33,650 nt of DNA from Candidatus Aminicenantales bacterium (GTDB lineage: Bacteria > Acidobacteriota > Aminicenantia > Aminicenantales > UBA4085). Positions 16,441-26,400 of the stretch are shown one piece after another. The number at the start of each line of letters is the position of its first letter. Position 1 is the first letter of the stretch. Location: assembly GCA_049515535.1 (NCBI GenBank), contig JBEKTZ010000010.1, forward strand, positions 124,001 through 157,650. Reading direction: 5' to 3'. The translations under genes were made by a program, and so were the position numbers. Under the pieces are notes generated by a model that made no database searches, had not been told where the DNA came from, and was given only the letters and a program-made list of their open reading frames with translations.

Positions 16441-16750
16441 TCATCGTCGCGGTCGACCGGAAAATCGCCCGAAAGATGCAAGACCTCTCCCCCTCATGAA
16501 ATCGCTGACCTCAAAAATACTCCGCCCCCCCTCGGCCATCAAGACGACCTGCTCGAAGACGTGCGACGGCAGCGGCTTCTCGGCCACGAACGTCAACTTG
16601 AGATGGTCGATGATCCGGTCCACGGCGGCATAATCCGTGATAAAGGCGACGACCTTCATCGGCCCGCCGCATTTGGAAGCAGATCAGGGGTCAATCTCAT
16701 GAACCCCGCAAATCATCTTCGCCCGGCTCTTCGAAGGAGTGCGACGGAGC
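16441..16750 (-). pseudogene. Degenerate IS91-family transposase C-terminal fragment
   Basis: LRRTPSKSRAKMICGVHEIDP*SASKCGGPMKVVAFITDYAAVDRIIDHLKLTF, with an in-frame stop and eroded CxxC. Confidence 0.65.
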
Positions 16751-16797
16751 GAGTGCCTAGCTTTCGGGTGTGCTCAATTTGTGTTTATTCATGCGGT

Positions 16798-16845
16798 AAA
16801 CAACGGCAAACAACGGAACACAAAAACAAGAGTAACTTGTTGATT
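16798..16845. promoter_or_regulatory. att-arm-like region: AAACAACGG direct repeat plus IHF consensus
   Basis: AAACAACGG at 16798 and 16808; minus strand AATCAACAAGTTA (16833-16845) matches WATCAANNNNTTR exactly. Confidence 0.55.
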
Positions 16846-16894
16846 TTTAAGGATTATCAGGGGAGAACAGGGAAAAGTCCTAATCGTCCTGTTC

Positions 16895-16937
16895 GGATTT
16901 TAAGTCTCTTGCGTCTGCCACTTCCGCCACCCCGGCA
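16895..16937 (-). repeat. 5' half of tRNA-Leu(UAA), att-like fragment
   Basis: GCCGGGGTGGCGGAAGTGGCAGACGCAAGAGACTTAAAATCC, then unrelated sequence; no T arm. Confidence 0.93.
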
Positions 16938-16944
16938 AAAAAAA

Positions 16945-17130
16945 TCATGGAAGATTTATTTCTAAATCCTTACAGATTTTTTTCGCCAGCCAATCATTGA
17001 TCTCGCTATGGCGTGGTACCGTCGAAACCTTTTTAGTGCTTCTATTAAAGTAAACGCTATGACTGGCGCCTTCTCTCAATAAGACACAACCGCACTCCTC
17101 AATATGTCTAATTAGTTTTTTTCTCTTCAT
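16945..17130 (-). CDS. hicA: HicA family toxin
   Basis: 61 aa; LLREGASHSVY, STVPRHSEI, KICKDL; ATGA overlap with hicB. Confidence 0.92.
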   Translation of the reverse strand: MKRKKLIRHIEECGCVLLREGASHSVYFNRSTKKVSTVPRHSEINDWLAKKICKDLEINLP

Positions 17131-17345
17131 GAAAGAGAAATTTCAAGCTTTTCGCGAATCACTTTTTTGCCGGCGATTTCTTCTTTTATGAGTTGTTTAT
17201 TGGTTTCTAAAACGAGGCAAATAGCTTCTTTGAGGTTTTCACGCGCTTCCTTTAATGTAGCACCTTGGGTATTTGCGCCGGGCAGCTCTTCGACAAAGCC
17301 GATGTAGCCTTCCTTGACTTTTTGGAAAACGGCCGTAAAAGACAT
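17127..17345 (-). CDS. hicB: Short HicB family antitoxin (72 aa)
   Basis: AAGGAG RBS; FTAVF, GYIGFVEELPGANTQGATLKEARENLKEAI; no C-terminal DNA-binding domain. Confidence 0.92.
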   Translation of the reverse strand: MSFTAVFQKVKEGYIGFVEELPGANTQGATLKEARENLKEAICLVLETNKQLIKEEIAGKKVIREKLEISLS

Positions 17346-17545
17346 CGAATCTCCTTTCTTGTAGATTATCTTCCAAATCGAACCAGCCGTCAACTTGGAC
17401 AAGACCATCAGACCAATGGGCCGAAAATGCGAAAGAATAAAGCTTCCCCCCGGCCCCCGTGCCGGCCTGAGGATAAGGCAAAACCTTTTGGGAGCGCATT
17501 CGTAATAAACTAAAGATCGCAATAAATTGAAGAGAGGAGCATTCC

Positions 17546-17737
17546 ATGGCTTTATGTCCGCACTGCAAGAAACACGTGAGCCTGGACCTGGCCCATCGGG
17601 ATTCGATGGATTCCGAGGAAGTGCATAAGGAGCTGGTCGGGTTCATTAAAAAAGAAATCATGTATTCCTGCCCCCACTGCGAATCCATTCTGGGGTTCGG
17701 ATTCTTCCTCGGAGGCTTGGCCACCGGCCGGCCATGA
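17546..17737 (+). CDS. 63-aa putative zinc-binding microprotein (two CPHC motifs)
   Basis: GAGGAG RBS; MALCPHC ... YSCPHCESILGFG. Confidence 0.75.
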   Translation: MALCPHCKKHVSLDLAHRDSMDSEEVHKELVGFIKKEIMYSCPHCESILGFGFFLGGLATGRP

Positions 17738-17960
17738 GGGAAAATCCCAAGTAGGACGCCGCATTCGGCCGGTTCTCGAAATCCGCCGTTAGCCGGATTG
17801 CGCACGCTGTTCTCCCCTGCCCTACTCGACGTTTCCCGGGATTGGAATTGGCTATTTTGGCGATTTATTTTATGCTAAGATAGTTTTATCAAGTTTGAAA
17901 GCCCCGCGATGAAGGATGTTCATGGCGATGGGCATGGGGAGAAAGGTTATGATAAGGCCG

Positions 17961-19517
17961 ATGAAAGTCATAAAAATCGCGACCCTTGTCTTGGCGGGGA
18001 CGCTCATTGCGACGGCAGGAACCACCCTGTCTCAGACTCCTCAAGGCCAGTTCAAGCTTTTAAACTCAAGTATCACCGTCACCTTGAATCCGACCGGGAT
18101 CGCCCCACTTTCGGCCTTGGCTACGTTTCAAACGAGCATCGCCTGCAGCATTCAGGTTCGAGTCCTGGGCAATATCGAAGTCTCCAAGCTTTTCGAGGAC
18201 AACAGCACCTCCCATGAAATTCCGATCCTCGGGCTGTATCCGAACCGCCTCAACCCGGTCGTCTTGACGCTTTTCACCCACCATGGCACACCCGAGGTGT
18301 ATACACTCACCATCCAGACGGACCCGCTTCCCAACTATTTCCCGACCATCGAGATCAATGCCGCGACCCCCAGCCTGATGGAGCCGGGGATGAACCTGAG
18401 CGCCATGACCGTGAGTCTCGGGGCGAAAAGCAGCGGATATCCGATCATCTTCGACCGGAACGGCGACATCCGCTGGTATCTGGACCTCTCGGCATACGGC
18501 GGCCTGATGGCGCCTTTCGAGAGAATCAAGGACGGGAATTATATCGGTGGCAGCGGGGCGTCGGTCTACGAGTATGACCCGGTCGGGCGGCTCATCGACC
18601 AAATCACGCTGCCGGGATACAATTTCCACCACGAAATCCGCGAGCTTCCCAACGGCCATCTTGTCTGCTCCGTCGATAAGGCGGGGACGCAGATTATCAC
18701 CTATAAGGGCACGCTCCAGAGCCAGGAGGATTACATCATCGAGATCGACCGGACCACGAAGCAGATCGTCAACCACTGGGACATGCGCGAGATCTTGGAC
18801 GTCGGCCGGAAAGACACGCTTATCAATTCGGGCGACTGGTTCCACAATAACGGTCTTTGGTACAGCGCCTCCGACAACTGCTTGATCATCTCGGGCCGCG
18901 TCCAGGGCGTGGTCAAGGTCACCTGGGACAACAAAGTCAAATGGATCCTCTCGCCGCATCAGGATTGGGGCAACGCCGGCTGGGACGGGTCGGGGCCGCC
19001 GACGGCCCCCTATTTATTGACGGCCGTGGACCCAAACGGCAATCCGTATCCCGATGCCGTCCAGCGGGGCGACTCGGGCACCGACGATTTCGACTGGGGC
19101 TGGGGCCAGCACAATCCGCACCTCCTCGCCAACGGGAACCTGTTCTTTTTTGACAACGGCGATTTCCGCTACTACCTGACTGATTTCCCCAAATATTCCC
19201 GGGCGGCCGAGTTCGTCGTCGACGATAACGCCATGACGGTCCGGCAGGTCTGGCAGTACGGCAAGGAACGAGGGCCTGAAACCTGGTCGCGGATCATCAG
19301 CGCGGTGGACCCCTTGCCGCAGACGGGAAACCGATTGTTTTGCCCCGGGATCGTCCAAACGGCCCAAGGCACATACGCCAAGGTCGTCGAAGTCACGTAT
19401 CCCGATAAAGCGCTCGTTTTCGATGCGACCATTCATTTCAAGAATTTATTAGCGCCCCCAAATACGGCGATTGCGGATATCGTCTATCGTTCCCACCGTA
19501 TCTCGATCTACCCCTGA
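17961..19517 (+). CDS. Aryl-sulfate sulfotransferase (ASST family)
   Basis: Signal peptide; NPTGIAPLSA, HEIPILGLYP, FHHE, DWFHNN, ISGR, WGQHN, FDNG, YRS motifs; start could be 17916-17961. Confidence 0.9.
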   Translation: MKVIKIATLVLAGTLIATAGTTLSQTPQGQFKLLNSSITVTLNPTGIAPLSALATFQTSIACSIQVRVLGNIEVSKLFEDNSTSHEIPILGLYPNRLNPVVLTLFTHHGTPEVYTLTIQTDPLPNYFPTIEINAATPSLMEPGMNLSAMTVSLGAKSSGYPIIFDRNGDIRWYLDLSAYGGLMAPFERIKDGNYIGGSGASVYEYDPVGRLIDQITLPGYNFHHEIRELPNGHLVCSVDKAGTQIITYKGTLQSQEDYIIEIDRTTKQIVNHWDMREILDVGRKDTLINSGDWFHNNGLWYSASDNCLIISGRVQGVVKVTWDNKVKWILSPHQDWGNAGWDGSGPPTAPYLLTAVDPNGNPYPDAVQRGDSGTDDFDWGWGQHNPHLLANGNLFFFDNGDFRYYLTDFPKYSRAAEFVVDDNAMTVRQVWQYGKERGPETWSRIISAVDPLPQTGNRLFCPGIVQTAQGTYAKVVEVTYPDKALVFDATIHFKNLLAPPNTAIADIVYRSHRISIYP

Positions 19518-19660
19518 GGCGCGGCTTCGGATCAATCCGCGGCTCCAGTAGAAAACTTCCTCTGGACATCCGGATAATGAGCTCAAGGGACGAGCCAAGG
19601 CGGCGGAAGTGGACCTTCAGCCAAAGCCCGGGGCCCCAGCCGCCGTCGAGCGAATAAGGC

Positions 19661-20602
19661 TTAGTGGGGCAGGTGGCGCCCGAACGAAAAATATATCCCC
19701 AGCGATGCTTGGATGAAGGACAGGTCCAGTTTATGAGCGAACGTTTCTCCATTTAGGGCGAGATAGGCGACATCCGCGGCCGTGAACGGCTCGGCCGGGA
19801 AATCGGCGGTGTAGAGTCCGTCGTAGGACGCGATGACGGGCGTCCAGTTTAGATTTTTCGGCGGACAGTAGAAATAGCGGGCTTCGGCCTTGAGACCGAG
19901 AGTATCCAGAATTCTGAAGTTGAGGCTTCCCCCGATATTGCCGCCGACGGCGGACCAGGTCGTGGCTGGAATGGTCAAACGTACGGGAAGGGCATCGACC
20001 GTCTGGATCATCGTTCCCCCGGGGCCTTGGTCGAATGAAAGTATTTTCATGACGCCGTAGCCGAACACGGCATTCTCGCTAAAGGTGTTCAGGAAATAGG
20101 TCAGGCCGCCGCTGAATTCGACCGTGAACCGGCCCGTGCCTTCGCGGAGGGCGACGTTCAAGCTGATGGGCAGGCGGGTCAGGCTTCCGCTCCCCGTCCA
20201 GTTCGTTGTCTTAGCATCCCCAGTCCCGTCCGCCCAGCGCCAGGCGAAATCAAAGCTTGACCCGCTCGGGATGTCGACCGGGCTGTATCCGGCGAGGAGC
20301 TGGAGGCCGAGATGAGGCGTAAAGAAAAGGGAGAAGAAGCCGCCGGCCGCGAGGCCGCTGTTCGGTTTCGAGGTGATGACCGCTTTTTCGCTGATGGCGT
20401 TAAGGAGAAAAGAACTCCAAGCTTCTTGATGCGTCGTCGTTCCAAGAAGACGGGACGGCATCAGGCCGCCCCAAATCCCGATTTCGAAACTGCGGTCATA
20501 GGGGTTGTCCGTGGAGGATGGCCGGGCTATCGCTGGCGAGACGCCAAAACAAAAACAGAAAGCAGCGAGGACGAATAGGACGACGAAGGCTCGCGATTTC
20601 AT
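19661..20602 (-). CDS. Outer-membrane beta-barrel protein
   Basis: AAGGAG RBS before MKSRAFVV; signal peptide; amphipathic strands; C-terminal ASLGIYFSF. Confidence 0.72.
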   Translation of the reverse strand: MKSRAFVVLFVLAAFCFCFGVSPAIARPSSTDNPYDRSFEIGIWGGLMPSRLLGTTTHQEAWSSFLLNAISEKAVITSKPNSGLAAGGFFSLFFTPHLGLQLLAGYSPVDIPSGSSFDFAWRWADGTGDAKTTNWTGSGSLTRLPISLNVALREGTGRFTVEFSGGLTYFLNTFSENAVFGYGVMKILSFDQGPGGTMIQTVDALPVRLTIPATTWSAVGGNIGGSLNFRILDTLGLKAEARYFYCPPKNLNWTPVIASYDGLYTADFPAEPFTAADVAYLALNGETFAHKLDLSFIQASLGIYFSFGRHLPH

Positions 20603-20789
20603 ATCGGCTCCTTGGCTTCGCGTTAAACACCCGGGGCATTCCATGAAAACCCTCATTCTCGATTTAACAATAATAATACGCTCTTTCGGCCCGAATTCCA
20701 AGACCTTCGGAAGCCCGGAAATTTACGGAGAAGAGGTCGAGAATCGTCCGAGGTCGGCGATCGCTGAATAGTAGAGAGGTTCCGGGTTT

Positions 20790-22856
20790 TTAGCCGCGCC
20801 AGCCGCCGTTCGTGCCCGAGGAAACGCCCGATGGGGATTTGACTGCGCCCATATGGACGACAGTAAGGTTGATGGGGACGTTCAGGGGCGCGACGCCGGC
20901 CTCGCCGCATTTGATCTCTATCATTCCCTGATAGGTTCCAAGCTTAAGATTTTGAAGCGAGACCGAAACCGTTGCCTCAGACCATAATCCCGAGGAGCTG
21001 CCCTTGAGCGGCGAGACTTTAATCCAAGGCTGCTGAGGATTGAGGGAGTAATGCAGGCATCCGCCGCCGGAGTTGCGGATGCGCAATATTTGCGGGGCAG
21101 CGACCCGCTTGCTATCCAGCGCGACGAACGAAAACGAGGTTTTGTTCACCTGGAGCGCGGGAGCGGCGTTGACGAAGACGGCGGTCGAGTACGTGGTGTC
21201 CGGGACGCCGCCGCTGGGAAGGTTGGTGTTGGGCGTCGAACCGGTGCAGACGTAGTCGACGCGGGCTTCGCCGTTCGAAAGCGTCAGGCGCGAGATGCCC
21301 GACGGCCCGAAGAAATCCGGGACGGACTTGAACCCGCCGCCATAGAATTTTTTCCAATAATCCCCGCTCCACCAGACAAACTCGCCGTTGCGCTTGGTCG
21401 AACCGACGCAGATCCCGCTCAGATCTTTCTTGTTGAGACCTTCGCCGATTTTCTCGACATGAAAGATATGGTCGTGGCCGTAAATGAAGCCGCGCATCCC
21501 GTACTTTTTCGCGAGTTCAGTCAACTGGACTTGCTCGACCTTGGCCGGATCGACGAAATCGACGTAATCTTTATCCGAGAACAGCGGTCCGCGCCCGTAC
21601 GTGATGTTCTGGTTGTCTTCGCCCGGCCCGGTCGGCCATCCGCCCAGGACATGGTGGTAGCAGGCGTAGACCCAGTCGTGCTCGTTTTTGGCCAGGACGT
21701 TCTCGAACCATTGTTTCTGGTCGGCGCCGAGCGTCCAGTCCTCGACGTTTCTCGGTTCCGGAGGTCCGCAGAACCCCGTGACGTCGAGGATGATGAACTG
21801 GGCGCCGCCCGTGTTGTCCGCGTCGCTTCCCCAGGAGAACGCGTAGTAGTTGCCTTCGGGATGGCCGCCTTCCGGATAGGTGGCGTCCGTGGGGCCGGGG
21901 AAATATTTCATACGCCAGGATTTCGCCCAGGTCTTGGACACGTTCCAGGTCTCTTCGCCATCATGGTTGCCCAGGACCAGGTGCGTCGGCATGTTCGGCG
22001 TGAGGCCGGAAAAGATCTTGCGCTGCCGCAGCCACAACGTCCGGCAGATCGCGTCGTAATCATTGGCCGTCAGGTTGGTCGTCGGGAAGCCCAGGCCCTC
22101 CCATTTATAGGGCGCTCCGATCCCGACCGTATCCCCCAGGTGGATGATAAAATCGGGGTCCTCGGCGGCGAGGATATGCTGGATGGCGTTGGCCAGAAGG
22201 AGGCCGTTCTTCAGTTCGCCGAGCGGAGAATCGGGGACCCACTGCGGGTTCGCTTGGAGGTTCTTCGTGAACTCGACGACGTAATCGCCCGTCATTTTCG
22301 CCTGTCTGAACTCGGGCGGGACGGCATAATCGCCGTCATCGAAGTTATGGTCGTCGCCGATGAGCACGACCTTGATGGGACCGCCGTTCGGCAGCTTGAA
22401 GCTCCGGGGCGGAAGCGATCTCCAGGCTCCCGAGCCTTCGCGGTATTGGACTTGGTAGTGGAGCCGCGGGCTGTCGTATCCACGAAGGGTGGCGTCCAGG
22501 GACTCGGTGACGCCCGAATACGCCAGGGTTTCGCGGGGCAGGGCGAGGTCCTCGCGCCGGTCGGCGAGCAGGATCTTCACGTCCAGTTTCTTCCCCGGTT
22601 TCAACAACAGGTTGATATCGGTCAGCCAGGCGCGGGGGTCGGTGCCGCTCCGGCGGACATTGTAAATCCGTTCGGCGGCCTCGAAAACGGCCGTGTCGAA
22701 GGGGAACGGGAATTCGTTGCTCGTGAGCTGCTCGGCGAAGGGCAACGCGGGATTGAGCTTAACGGCCGCCCCACCGAGGGCGTTCCCCAAGTCGAAGCCC
22801 GTAAGGAGGAGGCCCGCTCCTCCTATCTTAAGGAAATCCCGACGATTCAGACTCAT
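20790..22856 (-). CDS. Tat-exported calcineurin-like metallophosphoesterase with C-terminal BACON-like domain
   Basis: SLNRRDFLK; GDDH, HLGD, GNHD, HH and GHDH motifs; tail IRNSGGG.L.Y...PWIKVSP..G. Confidence 0.88.
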   Translation of the reverse strand: MSLNRRDFLKIGGAGLLLTGFDLGNALGGAAVKLNPALPFAEQLTSNEFPFPFDTAVFEAAERIYNVRRSGTDPRAWLTDINLLLKPGKKLDVKILLADRREDLALPRETLAYSGVTESLDATLRGYDSPRLHYQVQYREGSGAWRSLPPRSFKLPNGGPIKVVLIGDDHNFDDGDYAVPPEFRQAKMTGDYVVEFTKNLQANPQWVPDSPLGELKNGLLLANAIQHILAAEDPDFIIHLGDTVGIGAPYKWEGLGFPTTNLTANDYDAICRTLWLRQRKIFSGLTPNMPTHLVLGNHDGEETWNVSKTWAKSWRMKYFPGPTDATYPEGGHPEGNYYAFSWGSDADNTGGAQFIILDVTGFCGPPEPRNVEDWTLGADQKQWFENVLAKNEHDWVYACYHHVLGGWPTGPGEDNQNITYGRGPLFSDKDYVDFVDPAKVEQVQLTELAKKYGMRGFIYGHDHIFHVEKIGEGLNKKDLSGICVGSTKRNGEFVWWSGDYWKKFYGGGFKSVPDFFGPSGISRLTLSNGEARVDYVCTGSTPNTNLPSGGVPDTTYSTAVFVNAAPALQVNKTSFSFVALDSKRVAAPQILRIRNSGGGCLHYSLNPQQPWIKVSPLKGSSSGLWSEATVSVSLQNLKLGTYQGMIEIKCGEAGVAPLNVPINLTVVHMGAVKSPSGVSSGTNGGWRG

Positions 22857-22948
22857 CCGCTTGATTTAATTTGTATCATTAAATTTACACGATTGCAAGG
22901 GGTGCGTGTCACCGGATGACTCAAGCGATCAATGATGCGGTTTATTTT

Positions 22949-23365
22949 TCACCGGCAATTGATCGAGGCGGCGGCGGGCGCCGAAACGATGTGGGTATTG
23001 CCGCAATTGACGCGCAGTTTCTCCCAGACTTGTAAGTTTTGGCCCTTGCTGCCGACCTTCCAAGAATCCACCACGGTGACGGTTTTCGTCTTGGCGCTTG
23101 GAACGCGCACGACGTGAACTTGGCCCTTGGCGCCGTCGCTCCGTTCCCATTGATAATTGAAGGTCATCGGGTAATTGAGAACCTGGATTGTGCCGGTGAA
23201 TTTGATCGTCACCGGACATCGGCCGGCGAAGCTCTCCGGATTGGCCGTCACCGTGACGTCTCCGATCGTCTGATCGTCAGCCGATAGAGTCATCACGAAG
23301 CCGGTCAGGACCGCGAGAGATAAAGCGATGAACATGCTCGACGCAAGAAAACGTGATCTCGTCAT
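22949..23365 (-). CDS. Small secreted beta-sandwich protein
   Basis: GGAGGT RBS; signal peptide; CPVTIKFTGTI...YQWERSDGA; terminal Cys. Confidence 0.78.
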   Translation of the reverse strand: MTRSRFLASSMFIALSLAVLTGFVMTLSADDQTIGDVTVTANPESFAGRCPVTIKFTGTIQVLNYPMTFNYQWERSDGAKGQVHVVRVPSAKTKTVTVVDSWKVGSKGQNLQVWEKLRVNCGNTHIVSAPAAASINCR

Positions 23366-23461
23366 TTTACCTCCATCTTTTCGCGGGACGTGACCCTGTT
23401 TCTTTTCTCTCTTCGGATTTGGCTGCCTTATTCAAAAATATATGCCGCTTCCGAATCGAAG

Positions 23462-26400
23462 TCAAGGAAGCGAAAGGACAGTAACCGGAACCTTCTTCTT
23501 CTTGAGCGCATCCAGATAAACATAGATCACCGGCGTCACATAGAGGGTAACGAGCTGGGAGAACAGGAGTCCGCCGACCACGGCCAGGCCGAGCGGCTGG
23601 CGAGACTCAGCGCCCGCCCCAATCCCCAAAGCGATGGGCAGGGTGCCGAACAGCGCGGCCATCGTCGTCATCATGATCGGCCGGAACCGGATCAGACAGG
23701 CCTCAAAGATCGCATCCTCCGCCTTTTTCCCTTCCTCGCGCTCCGCGGCGATGGCGAAATCGACCATCATGATGCCGTTTTTCTTGACAAGGCCGACGAG
23801 CATGATGATCCCGACGAAAGCGTAAATGCTGAGGTCGATCCGGAAAATGAACAGCGTCACGAGCGCGCCGAAACCCGCGAAGGGAAGGGCCGAAAGGATG
23901 GTCAAAGGATGGATGAAGCTCTCGTACAAAATGCCCAGAATCATATAGATGACGAGGATGGTCATCAGGAGGAGGAATCCCAGCCCTTTGAGCGACGATT
24001 GAAAGGCCTGGGCCGCGCCCTGAAAGTTCGAGGAGATCGTCGCCGGGAGCGTTTCACGGGCGATCTGTTTGATGTCGTTGACCGCGTCTCCGAGCGCGAC
24101 GCCCAGCTTGAGGTTGAACGAGATCGTGACCGATGGTATCTGGCCCGAGTGATTGACCGTCAGCGGACCGACCGAGCGCGTCAGCCGGGCGACGGAATCG
24201 AGCGGCACGAGGCTCCCGCTCGAGGACCGAATGTAGAGTTTGGAGAGTTGTGCGGGGTCGTTCTGGAATTCCGGTTCGAGCTCCATGATGACCTGGTATT
24301 GGTTATTCGCGGTATAGATGGTCGAGACCTGTCGAGTGCCGTAGCTGTAATAGAGGCCATCCTCGATTTGAAACGGCGTGACGCCGAGCGCCAGGGCCTT
24401 GTCCCGGTCGATTTCGACATTGACTTGCGGGTTCTGGAGCTGCATATCGGACGTGACGTCCTGAAGACCCGGGAGGCCGCGCATCCTGGTTTCGAACTTC
24501 GCCGCGCTGGCGTAGAGCTCATCGACGTCCGGGCTTTGGAGGGTGAACTGGTACACGGCTTTTGTGGAGCGGGCTCCAATCTGGATCGGAGGCGGATTTT
24601 GAAGAAAGGCGCGGATCCCTGGGACGGCGAAGAGTTTCGGCCGAAGCTGGGCGATGACCTGGTCCGCCTCGAGCTTGCGTTCGGAACGAGGCTTCAGGCG
24701 GATGAACATGCGGCCGGCGTTGCTGCTCGACATGCCGCCGATGCTCGAGGAAAAAGATTCGATATTAGGGTCCCGCGCCAGGAGCGCGGCGACCGCCCGC
24801 TGGTGCTCGGTCATGGAGATGAACGAAATCCCCTGCGCGGCTTCGGTGACGCCGCTGATCATCCCCGTGTCTTCGGTCGGGAGAAAACCCTTGGGGATTT
24901 TGATGAAAAGGACGACCGTGGCGACAAGGACGGCGGCCGAAAACGCAAGAGCCGCGCGCTTCCGTTTTAAAACCCACAACAGGCTGACTCTGTAAGCGTT
25001 GAGCATTCCTTGGATGATTTTTTCCGCCGCTTTGTACAGACGGCCGTGTTTTTCCTCGCCCGGCGCCCGAAGGAGGCGGCCGGCCAGCATCGGGGTCAGG
25101 CTCAAGGAAACGAAACCGGAAAAGAGGACGGCCGCGGCGATCGTCACGGCGAATTCATGAAACAGCCGGCCGAGGATTCCGCCCATGAACAGGATCGGAA
25201 TGAAAACCGCGGCGAGGGACAAGGTCATGGATACGATGGTGAAGCCGATCTCCTTCGAGCCTTTGAGCGTCGCATCGAAGGTCTTATCGCCCATTTCCTG
25301 ATGCCGAACGATGTTCTCGAGCATGACGATGGCGTCGTCCACGAGGAACCCGATCGACAAGGTCAAAGCCATAAGGGAGAGGTTGTCGAGGCTGTAGCCG
25401 AGGATGGCCATAACGGCGAACGTGCCGATGATCGAGAAAGGAAGGGCTAAGCTCGGAATGAGCGTCGCCCGGACGTTTCGCAGAAAGAAGAAGATGACGA
25501 AGATCACCAGGACGAGGGCCAGGACGAGGGTGAACTTGACGTCGTTGACCGAGGCGCGGATCGATTCGGACCGGTCGACGAGGATCTGGAAGTCGACCGA
25601 TGCCGGGAGCTGGGACCGGAACCCCGGCAATAGCTGCTTGACCGCCGTCGTTACCGCGACCGTGTTCGTTCCCGGCTGGCGTTGGATGGCGAGCATGATC
25701 GCCCGCTGTTCCGCCTGGCCCCGGTACATCCACGCCGCGACCTTGTCGTTCTGGACGCTGTCGAGCACCCGGCCCAGATCTTTCAATCGGACCGGGGAGC
25801 CTTTACGGTAGGTCACGATGAGCTCGCGGTAGGCCGGCGCGCTCGTCAGCTGGCCCGATGATTCGATCGTGAAGGCCTGGTAAGGCCCGTAGAGCGTCCC
25901 CGTCGGCATATTCACGTTGCTCGACTGGATGGCGAGCGCGACATCGTCGATGCCGACGCCCCGCGACGCCAACGCGTCGGGGTCGAGCTGGACCCGGACG
26001 GCGTACGTTTGTGATCCGTAGACTTGAACCTGGGCGACACCGTCGACCATCGAGATCCGCTGGGCCATCGTCGTCTGGGCGTATTCGTCGAGGGCTGAGA
26101 GAGGGAGCGTCGGCGAGGTGAGCAGCATGAAGAGGATCGGCTGGTCGGCCGGGTTGACCTTTTGATAGTACGGCGGCGCGGGCATCTGCGGCGGCAACTG
26201 GCGCATGGTCCTCGAAATGGCGCCCTGGACATCTTGGGCCGCGGCATCCAGATTCCGGCTCAGGGCGAATTGAAGCGTGATCTGGGTCACTCCCAGCATG
26301 TTGGTCGAGGTCATCGAGTCGAGACCCGCGATCGTCGAAAACTGCTTCTCGAGTGGGGTGGCGACCGAAGAAGCCATCGTCTCGGGGCTGGCGCCGGGAA

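Larger units (their letters stand above)
11757..16937. mobile_element. ~5.1-kb integrase-less island bounded by direct repeats of the tRNA-Leu 5' half
   Basis: 43-bp direct repeat, 11757-11799 vs 16895-16937, one mismatch; mosaic GC content, IS remnants and IHF/arm-like sites inside. Confidence 0.72.

Noticed and set aside
16857..16937. tRNA fragment plus downstream hairpin as a complete non-canonical tRNA or intron-split tRNA
   Set aside because: No TTCGA T-loop, broken anticodon stem, only partial acceptor pairing; the intervening DNA is protein-coding cargo and a full tRNA exists at 11713.
16366..16965. 199-aa plus-strand ORF as island integrase or excisionase
   Set aside because: Runs antisense through the IS remnant and tRNA fragment; no R-H-R-Y or serine recombinase motifs.
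21051..22919. 622-aa plus-strand ORF (also 23390-24970, 26277-27362, 27770-29143, 29496-30536, 293-1207, 6973-7932, 18066-18959)
   Set aside because: Antisense shadows of well-supported genes, expected from high GC3; no motifs or RBS.
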